From an uncultured Bacilli bacterium (GTDB taxonomy: Bacteria > Bacillota_I > Bacilli_A > RF39 > UBA660), in NCBI GenBank assembly GCA_934130005.1, contig CAKOXD010000001.1, positions 705 to 64,704 of the forward strand: 64,000 bases of DNA, read 5' to 3'. The translations under genes were made by a program, and so were the position numbers. Positions 56,046-64,000 of this stretch are shown here, in pieces. The number at the start of each line of letters is the position of its first letter. Positions within the stretch are counted from its first letter, which is position 1. The notes beneath the pieces were generated by a model. That model saw only the letters and a list, made by a program, of their open reading frames with translations, did no database searches and was not told where the DNA came from.

Positions 56046-57536
56046 ATGTTAAAAAAATTTGATTTTGACAAAGTCCCTGTAGTTGAAATTGTCAATGATA
56101 TATTAGTTGACAGTAGTAAAAGAGGTGCAAGTGATATTCACTTCGATCCTCATGAAGATTTCATGCTTATTAGAATACGTATAGATGGTTCTTTAATTGA
56201 TTATGCTGAAGTACCAAATGGTATAAAAAAGAATCTTATAACTCGTATTAAAATTATATCTGGTATGAATATAACTGAATCAAGATTACCACAAGATGGT
56301 GCTATAAAGCAAACACTTCAAGGTATTGATTTAGACCTTCGTGTTTCTTGCTTACCTACCTTAGAAGGTGAAAAAATAGTTATTCGTATTCTTGACTATT
56401 CAATGAGCCAAGCAGGTCTTGAAACATTAGGTTTTAGTGAAGAAAATTATGAAAAAGTTATGAGAATGATAACAGCTCCAAATGGTATTATTTTAGTTAC
56501 AGGTGCTACTGGTAGTGGTAAATCAACTACTGTATACTCTATTTTACAAAGACTAAATAAAGAAGATACAAATATAATTACAGTTGAGGATCCAATAGAA
56601 ATGAATATTGAAGGTGTTAACCAAGTTCAAACAAACAGTGAAATTGGTCTTACATTTGCTAATGCATTACGTTCTATTTTACGTCAAGACCCTAATATAA
56701 TAATGATTGGAGAAATTCGTGATACTGAAACTGCTAAAATAGCTGTCCGTGCCTCTATTACTGGTCACTTAGTATTATCTACAATCCACACAAATAACTC
56801 ACTTAATACAATTGAACGTTTACTTGATATGGATGTTGAAAGATACTTACTTGCAAGTGCTTTAACAGGTATAATTTCTCAAAAATTAGCTCGCCGCTTA
56901 TGTCCAAAATGTTCTAAGAAAAGACCTACTAATGATTATGAAAAAGATTTATTTAAAAAAGTTCTTAACCGTGATATAGAAGAAGTATATACTGTAGAAG
57001 GTTGTGAAGAATGCGGTAATGGATATAAGGGACGTATCGCAATTCATGAAGTCTTACTTGTTAATCAAGAGATAAAAGATGCGATTAGTAGTAATTTAAG
57101 AAAGGATAAATTAAGAGAACTAGTATATAGAAATGATGTTACTACTCTACTTCAAGATGGTCTTGAAAAAGTTGTAGAAGGAAAAACAACTGTAGAAGAA
57201 ATATTAAAAATAATAGAACTTGATAATGATGATAAAGCAACTGAAGGTGAATATGATTTAAAAGATGCATTAGATTTAACTAATATTTCTAAAACCGGTC
57301 ATAAAGAAAAACATGAAACAGAACTAGAACAAACAGAAGACTTCTTAAAAGAATTAAAAGCTGACGAAATGAAAACTGACGAAGTAAAAGATAATAAAAA
57401 TGTCACAAAAGATACTTCTACTGATATAAAAGATAATTTAGATAACATAAATAATTTACTTAAAGATATAAATAGTAATACTAAAAAAGAAACAAAAAAA
57501 GATCCATTAGATGATCTATTAGATATACAATTTTAG
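56046..57536 (+). CDS. pilB: Type IV pilus / T2SS assembly ATPase (GspE/PilB family) with a long charged C-terminal tail
   Basis: Contains Walker A (GATGSGKST), Walker B (IIMIGEIRD) and the His box (GHLVLSTIHTN). It has the tetracysteine CPKC...CEEC and about 100 aa of D/E/K-rich tail. Confidence 0.9.
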   Translation: MLKKFDFDKVPVVEIVNDILVDSSKRGASDIHFDPHEDFMLIRIRIDGSLIDYAEVPNGIKKNLITRIKIISGMNITESRLPQDGAIKQTLQGIDLDLRVSCLPTLEGEKIVIRILDYSMSQAGLETLGFSEENYEKVMRMITAPNGIILVTGATGSGKSTTVYSILQRLNKEDTNIITVEDPIEMNIEGVNQVQTNSEIGLTFANALRSILRQDPNIIMIGEIRDTETAKIAVRASITGHLVLSTIHTNNSLNTIERLLDMDVERYLLASALTGIISQKLARRLCPKCSKKRPTNDYEKDLFKKVLNRDIEEVYTVEGCEECGNGYKGRIAIHEVLLVNQEIKDAISSNLRKDKLRELVYRNDVTTLLQDGLEKVVEGKTTVEEILKIIELDNDDKATEGEYDLKDALDLTNISKTGHKEKHETELEQTEDFLKELKADEMKTDEVKDNKNVTKDTSTDIKDNLDNINNLLKDINSNTKKETKKDPLDDLLDIQF

Positions 57537-57558
57537 ACACATTAATATGTGTCTTTTA
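57535..57558. terminator. Bidirectional terminator between pilB and holA
   Basis: Stem AGACACAT/ATGTGTCT with a TAAT loop and a T run. Confidence 0.65.
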
Positions 57559-58497
57559 TATTTCCATTATAAATAATTCTAAACCAATATTTTTATCAAT
57601 TTTACCACTTTTTATATCAATATCTAAATTAGCTAATTTCATTAAACATTTAAGTAAAAATTTATCATCATAATTTCTACTACTTTCTAAGCATTTTTTT
57701 ATAGCGTAATAATTACTTCCTAACATATTTGAAATATCTTTTTCTGAGTATCCTTTTTTATATAAATTTTTAGCTTGATAAATTAATCTAAACTTATTAG
57801 CAAGTACAACTATAATTTTTATAGGTTCTTCTCCATCTTTTATTATTTCATAATAGCTTTCCATAGCTTTATTTTTATTTCTTGCTACAATATTTTCAAT
57901 CAAATTAAAAAAATTAGTATCAATATTTTTAGTAGTTAAATTAATAATATCTTCTTTTGTTATATTAAAATCATTATCTTTATATATTTTAATTTTATTT
58001 ATTTCTTGACTTAAAACTTCTAAATTGTTACCTACTCTATTAACTAAGAAATTAATATTTTCATTATTAATTTTATATTCTCCAAACATATCTAATACAT
58101 ATTTATTAATATTAGAAAATGTATTAAAATCTTTTACAATACCTTTTTCTTTTATAATTTTTACTATTTTTTTTCTTTCATCTAATTTTTCTTTTAATAT
58201 ATTAAAAATAACTATATTATCACAACTGTTATTTTTTAAAAATTTTTCTAATATATCCGTATTTTGTTCAAGTAATTTTTTATTTGTAGTACCAGTAAAT
58301 ATATATGCATTATCTACAATAATTAGTTTTTTCTCTCCAAATAAAGAAACACTAGATAAATCTTCTATAATATCTTCTATTTTAGTATTTTCTAAATCAT
58401 AATGTACAATATTTATGTCGTCAATCTTATTATCTAAAATTACTTTTTTTATTTCTTTATCTATTAAATATTGTTCTAATCCATAAAATAAATACAT
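57556..58497 (-). CDS. holA: DNA polymerase III delta subunit
   Basis: 313 aa, begins LFYGLEQYLIDKE. It lies near rpsT and gpr, as in Bacillus. Confidence 0.8.
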   Translation of the reverse strand: MYLFYGLEQYLIDKEIKKVILDNKIDDINIVHYDLENTKIEDIIEDLSSVSLFGEKKLIIVDNAYIFTGTTNKKLLEQNTDILEKFLKNNSCDNIVIFNILKEKLDERKKIVKIIKEKGIVKDFNTFSNINKYVLDMFGEYKINNENINFLVNRVGNNLEVLSQEINKIKIYKDNDFNITKEDIINLTTKNIDTNFFNLIENIVARNKNKAMESYYEIIKDGEEPIKIIVVLANKFRLIYQAKNLYKKGYSEKDISNMLGSNYYAIKKCLESSRNYDDKFLLKCLMKLANLDIDIKSGKIDKNIGLELFIMEI

Positions 58498-58542
58498 ATT
58501 ATCACCTCTTTAATTATATCAAATTTAAAAAAAAATAAAAGA

Positions 58543-59934
58543 CTAATTATCTTTTGTTTCAAAATAAAATGTAGTACCTTTGTTTTTTATAGAATCAACT
58601 CCATAAGTAAATTTATGTTTTTCTAAAATGTTTTTAACTATAGATAAACCAAGTCCTGTGCCAATATTATTTCTTTTATATTTTTTATCTATTTTATAGT
58701 ATTTATCCCATATTAAGTCAATTTTATCCTTATCTATTCCTTTTCCATTATCTTTTACTAGTACTTTTACCCTTTTATTACTTTTGATAACTTCAATTAT
58801 AACTTTTTTATCATTTCCAACATAATTTATAGCATTTCCTACTAAATTATATATTACTTGTTCCATTTTCTTTTTATCAGCTTTAATCAATAAATTTTTT
58901 ACTTCTTTATATTCAAAAATATAATTATCAGTTTCCTTTAAGTAATCAAATCTTCTAATAATCGATTTAATCATTTCATTTAAATCAAATTCTTCTATTT
59001 TAAGTTCATCTACATTAGATTGTACTTTTGATAGTTCTAATATATCATTTACAAGTAAATTAAGTCTTTCAGTTTCATCAATGATTGTATTTAAATTGGA
59101 ATTTCTTTTTTCTTCATTATCATAAGTTAAATCTCTTACCATTTCTGCATATGCTTTTATCATTGTAAGTGGTGTTTTTAAATCATGTGATACATTAGCA
59201 AGCAATTCCCTTCTTAATTCATCTGTTTTTGATAACTCATCTTTAGCTCTATTTAATGTTTTAGCTAATTCATTTATTTCTTCTATATTATTTTCTACAT
59301 CAAACTCTATATTATAGTTTCCTTTAGACATTTCACGAGCTTTTTTAGTTATATTACTAATTGGTTTTGATATTGATTTTGATATAAAATATGATATAAA
59401 AAATGAAAGAGCTAAAACTATAAAAGTTACATAAAGTAATTGGTTACTTAATATTTTAATTGTTGAATCAAGTGGTTGTAAAGATACATTTACAAATGCA
59501 TATAAATTATCATCTAATTTAGTAGCACTTAATAAAGTTTTATTTTTAAATTTTATATTTCTTATTCTATAATTTTTATTAGTTTTATTACTATTAATAA
59601 AGTCTTTTTTTATAGAATCTAATTCATATTTATTACTATTATATGCACAACCTCTAGAATAGCTAGTTGAAGAATATGTATTAGTATTTTCATCTATTAT
59701 TTCTATACATACCCCTTTATCAAAAGTAATATCATCTAAAATATCTTCAAAAGTTTCTTCTTTATAATTACTTTTAATTTTATTTACTATTTTTACCATA
59801 TCTTTTGTTTTAATATATTCATAGTAAGAATTTAAAAATAACACTTGAAAAAACCATAAAAAGCATAAAATAATTATTGAAAATATAATTAAATTAAACC
59901 ATATTTTATTTCTAAGATTTTTACTTGATTTCAA
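58543..59934 (-). CDS. Sensor histidine kinase (HAMP-HisKA-HATPase)
   Basis: Contains the H-box LANVSHDLKTPL, an N-box, and the G-boxes DNGKGI and GTGLGLSIV. Confidence 0.9.
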   Translation of the reverse strand: MKSSKNLRNKIWFNLIIFSIIILCFLWFFQVLFLNSYYEYIKTKDMVKIVNKIKSNYKEETFEDILDDITFDKGVCIEIIDENTNTYSSTSYSRGCAYNSNKYELDSIKKDFINSNKTNKNYRIRNIKFKNKTLLSATKLDDNLYAFVNVSLQPLDSTIKILSNQLLYVTFIVLALSFFISYFISKSISKPISNITKKAREMSKGNYNIEFDVENNIEEINELAKTLNRAKDELSKTDELRRELLANVSHDLKTPLTMIKAYAEMVRDLTYDNEEKRNSNLNTIIDETERLNLLVNDILELSKVQSNVDELKIEEFDLNEMIKSIIRRFDYLKETDNYIFEYKEVKNLLIKADKKKMEQVIYNLVGNAINYVGNDKKVIIEVIKSNKRVKVLVKDNGKGIDKDKIDLIWDKYYKIDKKYKRNNIGTGLGLSIVKNILEKHKFTYGVDSIKNKGTTFYFETKDN

Positions 59935-60589
59935 ATTTATATCCTACCGATCTTACTGTTGTAATTAAATCTCTATATTTTCCTAAATTATTTCTAAGCA
60001 TTTTTATATGTGTATCAATTGTTCTATAATCACCAAAATAATCATATCCCCATATTTTAGATAAAAGTGTTTCACGAGAAAGGGCAATGTTTTTATTCTT
60101 TATAAAATATGTAAGTAATTCATATTCTTTAGGCGTTAATTTAACTTCTTCATTTTCTATATAAACAGAATGAGCTTTATAATCAATTTTTAAATCTTCA
60201 TATTCAAATATTTCTAAATTATTACTGCTTCTTTTAATAATTGCTTTTATTCTTGCGATTAATTCTTTTGGACTAAATGGTTTAGTCATATAATCATCAA
60301 TCCCAAGATCAAATCCATTTAATTTATCCATTTCCGTATCACGGGCACTAAGCATTATTATTGGAGCATTACTATATTTTCTAATTTCACGACTTGCTTC
60401 AAATCCATTTACATCAGGCATCATTATATCCATAATAATAACGTCTATATCATTTGTTTTAATCTTGTCAATAGCTTCTTTTCCGTTTTCGGCTTCTATA
60501 TAGTCAAAAGAAGATGCTTTTAAATATTCAATTATTACTTCTCTTATTAGTTTTTCATCATCTACAACCAATACTCTCAATCTTACCAC
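59921..60589 (-). CDS. OmpR-family response regulator
   Basis: Has the receiver contexts VVDDE and DVIIMDIMMP plus a winged-helix C-terminus (TVRSVGYKF). Confidence 0.9.
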   Translation of the reverse strand: MVRLRVLVVDDEKLIREVIIEYLKASSFDYIEAENGKEAIDKIKTNDIDVIIMDIMMPDVNGFEASREIRKYSNAPIIMLSARDTEMDKLNGFDLGIDDYMTKPFSPKELIARIKAIIKRSSNNLEIFEYEDLKIDYKAHSVYIENEEVKLTPKEYELLTYFIKNKNIALSRETLLSKIWGYDYFGDYRTIDTHIKMLRNNLGKYRDLITTVRSVGYKFEIK

Positions 60590-60627
60590 CTCATAAATAT
60601 ATTATAACAAATATATGAATTTTTTGT

Positions 60628-60655
60628 GAAAAAAAATAAAGTATTATACTTTATT
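60628..60655 (-). terminator. Rho-independent terminator of the apbE cluster
   Basis: Stem AATAAAGTA/TACTTTATT with a T8 run on the minus strand. Confidence 0.6.
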
Positions 60656-61124
60656 TTGCTTGCTTTAAAGCGTTATCAATTGCTTTGATATATGAATCAG
60701 CACTTATTGTTACCCCGCTCACAGAATCTAATTTAGTATTATCTTCTGTTTTCCATTTTACCCAATCAATTCCTTGATTTTCAATTACTTTATCTTCTAT
60801 TACTTTTACTTGTTCATACCATTCTGCTCCGCCAGGAATAGTCCCAATATTTTTAGATGTTTCTTTCATTCCATAATCATCTTTTAATACTTTTTTAGTA
60901 GTGTTAACATTATTTTTTACATATGTTGAATCAATAAAGCATGACTTTATAAGTCCATCTTTATCTACATATATTATAGCTGTTGTAACATATTTTTTTC
61001 CGTATGATTCAAATTCTGAACTTCCCATATACGTTCCTTCTTTATAAGAACCTTCAGTTATTCTTTCACAACCTGATAAAATAAACATTGTTAATAAAAA
61101 TAAACATATAACTATTTTTTTCAT
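60651..61124 (-). CDS. FMN-binding domain lipoprotein
   Basis: Has the lipobox FILSGC and the flavinylation context DSVSGVTISADS. AGGAGGG precedes ATG 61124. Confidence 0.8.
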   Translation of the reverse strand: MKKIVICLFLLTMFILSGCERITEGSYKEGTYMGSSEFESYGKKYVTTAIIYVDKDGLIKSCFIDSTYVKNNVNTTKKVLKDDYGMKETSKNIGTIPGGAEWYEQVKVIEDKVIENQGIDWVKWKTEDNTKLDSVSGVTISADSYIKAIDNALKQAK

Positions 61125-61165
61125 ATATACCCTCCTACTTTTCTTAATTATATTATAAATTACTA

Positions 61166-61672
61166 TCAATTACAATAATTTGGTATTTTTTTTATAAGTT
61201 CTTTACTTATATTTCCAATAATTGATCCCGTTATTATAGAAAATATAAATAAATATGGTAAATAATAAATTAAATTAAAACTATTAAGTAAAATAACAGC
61301 CATAAATATTTGCCCAACAGAATGTGATATAGCTCCTATTATAGATACACCTATAATTGATAATTTTGTCTTTTTAGCTAAGTACATCATAAAGATACTT
61401 AAAACTCCTCCTGAAAGGCTTAAAAAGAATCCAATACTGAATATTCCAGTTCTTAATATACCAACTAATAATACCCTTAAAATAGCCAAAAATATTGTAT
61501 CTTTAAATCCATATACATAAAGTGAATAAACAATTAATATATTAGCTAGTCCAATTTTCATTCCAGGTATTATTCCATTAAAAATCGGTATAAAGCTTTC
61601 TATAATACTTAATACAACACTGAGTGCTAAAAGCATTGATAAGATAACTGTTTTTCTTATTTCCATAAACAC
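61166..61672 (-). CDS. Gx transporter / heptaprenyl diphosphate synthase component I family membrane protein
   Basis: Contains GMKIGLANILIV and five TM helices. Confidence 0.7.
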   Translation of the reverse strand: MFMEIRKTVILSMLLALSVVLSIIESFIPIFNGIIPGMKIGLANILIVYSLYVYGFKDTIFLAILRVLLVGILRTGIFSIGFFLSLSGGVLSIFMMYLAKKTKLSIIGVSIIGAISHSVGQIFMAVILLNSFNLIYYLPYLFIFSIITGSIIGNISKELIKKIPNYCN

Positions 61673-62053
61673 CTACTTTACTATTGTATCTATATCATTA
61701 CCATCTATTTCAATTACGATTTTATTAGGTAAGCATACTATTGTTTCATAACTTTTACTTATATAACCATATTTAGAGCATAAATGAAGAGGACTCTTTT
61801 CTTCTATAACTCTTATTTTATTATTTTTTACTTCTAATTTAACTGTTCCATTATAACCTTTTACTTCATATGTATTATTTTTATTCAAATTAATTTTTTT
61901 TATTAATTTATTATCATAATAAACTTTAGCTATATTATCTTTTTTATTTTTACTATTCAGTATTAATATAAAGAAAAGTGATATAAATAATATACATATG
62001 ATTAAAATCACATCATTTTTATTTAGTTTTATATTCATATTTATCAAATCCAT
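61673..62053 (-). CDS. NusG domain II-containing membrane-anchored protein
   Basis: Has a TM anchor, a beta-rich domain, and a CSKYGYISKSYETIVCLPNK Cys pair. Confidence 0.65.
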   Translation of the reverse strand: MDLINMNIKLNKNDVILIICILFISLFFILILNSKNKKDNIAKVYYDNKLIKKINLNKNNTYEVKGYNGTVKLEVKNNKIRVIEEKSPLHLCSKYGYISKSYETIVCLPNKIVIEIDGNDIDTIVK

Positions 62054-63032
62054 CTGATTTTATTATTTTATCATCATTTGTATACCATACAGCTTCTACA
62101 TTTTCTAGACTATTAACATATTTTAATCCATCGTCTATATTTAATAAAAATAAATATGTAGATAAAATATCAGCTAGTGCACTATCACTTGTTACTACTG
62201 TAACACTTTTCATATTGTCTGTTGGATATAATGTTTTGGGATTTATTATATGATGATATTTTTTTTCATTATATTCGTAATATCTTTCATATCCACCGCT
62301 TGTTACAACAGCAATATTACTTCCCTTTACTATATCGAATATATCATCTTTACTATTAGGATCTTCTATTCCAATTAAATAATCCTTTTTATTTTTATCT
62401 CCAACTAATACATTTCCGCCAGCATTTATTAAAAATTTATTTATATTCTGTTTTTTTAAATATTCTCCAACTACTTTCGTTGTATATCCTTTAGCAATAC
62501 TTCCTAAATCAATATTAGGATGATTATTTTTTATTTTTCCATCTTTTAATTCTATTTTTATATTATTATTTGCTTTTTCTAATTCTTCAATGCTTGGTAC
62601 TCCATTTTTATTATCTCTATATTTTTTCCATACATCTATAACATTTCCCATACTTATATCTACTAATCCATTTGTTTTATCATAATAGTCAATTCCATAG
62701 GAAATTATATCATATAATTCCTTATCTATTTTTATATATTCTTCTTCACTTTTATTATTTTTAATATAATATATATTTTTAATATTGTCATATTCATTAT
62801 ATCTATCTGTTAATTTATGATATTTTTTATAAATATTTTCTATTTCATCTAAATATTTATCTGCATCTTTTTTATTTATATCATAAAGCTTTACATATAT
62901 ATAAGTATCCATATAGAAAAATTTTCTTGTATAATCTTTTTTTCTATTATTATTATATATAAATAAAAAAATAAAAATAAGTATCAATATCGGTATTATA
63001 CTCCATATAATTTTATTGATTTTATCTTGCAT
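62019..63032 (-). CDS. apbE: FAD:protein FMN transferase
   Basis: Has an N-terminal anchor and an ApbE-like core: DLGSIAKGY, INAGGN, TSGGYERY, HHIINPKT. Confidence 0.88.
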   Translation of the reverse strand: MQDKINKIIWSIIPILILIFIFLFIYNNNRKKDYTRKFFYMDTYIYVKLYDINKKDADKYLDEIENIYKKYHKLTDRYNEYDNIKNIYYIKNNKSEEEYIKIDKELYDIISYGIDYYDKTNGLVDISMGNVIDVWKKYRDNKNGVPSIEELEKANNNIKIELKDGKIKNNHPNIDLGSIAKGYTTKVVGEYLKKQNINKFLINAGGNVLVGDKNKKDYLIGIEDPNSKDDIFDIVKGSNIAVVTSGGYERYYEYNEKKYHHIINPKTLYPTDNMKSVTVVTSDSALADILSTYLFLLNIDDGLKYVNSLENVEAVWYTNDDKIIKSDGFDKYEYKTK

Positions 63033-63081
63033 ATCATCACCATATTAATTATATCATTTAATTTAAAAAGAAAAAAGAAGT

Positions 63082-64000
63082 TTATTCTTCTTTCATAACA
63101 TTTTCGTATACTTTTATCAATTCTTTTCCTACTTTTTTTACATCACGAGAAAGTGCTACTTCATAAGCTTTTTCTGTTAAATCTGGTAATTCGTTATTAA
63201 GTATTTTTTTTATTTTAATTTCAAACTCATCAACATTCTTTGCTTTATAAACATTAACAGAATCTTCTAGCCATTCACTAAACACAGGAATATCTCTTAT
63301 TAAAGCTTTTTGTCTACAAGCACATGCTTCCATTATAGGAATTCCTTCTGTTTCTTCTAATGTTGGAAATATATATAAATCTGCTCCACTTAAAGCACTT
63401 TTTATCATAATAGGCTCTACATATCCAGCAAATTTAAGATTAGGAAGTTTTGTTGTAACTGCTTCTTTTATTTTTTTAGGTACAAGTTTTAAATCAGTAT
63501 AACCAAACCAAATAAATTTATATTCAGGTAACCTTTTAGCTAATTCAACAAAATCTAATATGCCTTTTCTTTCTAAATATAAGCCAATTGCCATTACAAC
63601 CTTATCATTTTTTGTATAACCATATTTTTTTCTAAATTCTTCACCTAATTTTTCATCTTTTTGAAAAAATTTTGTATCAATACCATTTGATATTGCAGTT
63701 ATGTTAGAAAGTCCATATCCTTCAAGTAATTTTTTAGAATAAGGAGTTGGAGTTATTATATGATTTCCTAATCTATAACACTTACAAATCCACCATTTAA
63801 AAAGAGGCGCTAATTGATTAGAAAATTTAAATGAATTTCTAAAGTCTTCTTCTGTTGAATGTGCATGATAAACTATCTTTTTACCCATTTTTTTTGCTTT
63901 ACGAGCAACCATATATGATTTTAACATATACCAATTAATATGTGCGATATCATAATCATCTTTTGGGTTTGTTGTATATTCTATGTTATTATCCTCAAGT
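63082..64000 (-). CDS. GT4-family glycosyltransferase, N-terminus outside the window
   Basis: The reading frame stays open to nt 64000. It contains the EGIPIMEA (E-x7-E region) motif. Confidence 0.8.
   Translation of the reverse strand, partial: LEDNNIEYTTNPKDDYDIAHINWYMLKSYMVARKAKKMGKKIVYHAHSTEEDFRNSFKFSNQLAPLFKWWICKCYRLGNHIITPTPYSKKLLEGYGLSNITAISNGIDTKFFQKDEKLGEEFRKKYGYTKNDKVVMAIGLYLERKGILDFVELAKRLPEYKFIWFGYTDLKLVPKKIKEAVTTKLPNLKFAGYVEPIMIKSALSGADLYIFPTLEETEGIPIMEACACRQKALIRDIPVFSEWLEDSVNVYKAKNVDEFEIKIKKILNNELPDLTEKAYEVALSRDVKKVGKELIKVYENVMKEE

Noticed and set aside
1-64000. Possibility of genetic code 4 (TGA read as Trp), given the Mollicutes-like base composition.
   Set aside because: TGA ends rnfA and the 43-aa micro-ORF at sensible ATGA-coupled junctions. 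Trp is encoded by TGG throughout. All conserved genes are intact under code 11.

Overview
This is a very AT-rich chromosomal segment (G+C judged by eye, not computed) from a low-GC, spore-forming Firmicute. Standard code 11 applies: TGA is used as a stop and TGG codes Trp. I saw no rRNA, tRNA, CRISPR array, transposase or prophage.

Most of the window is core housekeeping with Bacillus-like local synteny:
- rnhB, a six-gene rnf operon, a U32 peptidase pair followed by greA, and tig
- a T-box leader followed by pheST, then mscL, hemW and tmk
- dnaG-rpoD-trmK, rarA, xerD and deoB
- mnmA, spoIIM, gpr next to rpsT, ylbL and ylbJ, and holA
- a two-component system and an ApbE flavinylation cluster

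Four things stand out.
1. A dispersed, minimal type IV pilus or pseudopilus system sits at three loci: 12.7 kb, 31.7-36 kb and 54.9-57.5 kb. Its pilin-associated proteins carry phage tail-fibre-like modules. One is a class III prepilin fused through a coiled coil to an HxH-rich tail-collar/baseplate-fibre tip domain. Its ATG is out of frame across a G7 tract. A shared V-E-D-A-L-N-E-L-Y module recurs in four proteins.
2. The rnf operon is remodelled. It has an RnfD-RnfG fusion, two inserted genes, a hidden Cys-rich micro-ORF and an 88-aa RnfB without ferredoxin domains.
3. A 28-bp dif-like Xer site at 47579-47606 lies exactly at the switch from plus-strand to minus-strand genes, so the window probably spans the replication terminus.
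4. Several micro-ORFs below the 60-aa track threshold have good Shine-Dalgarno sites.

All functional calls rest on motif recognition by eye. No searches were run.
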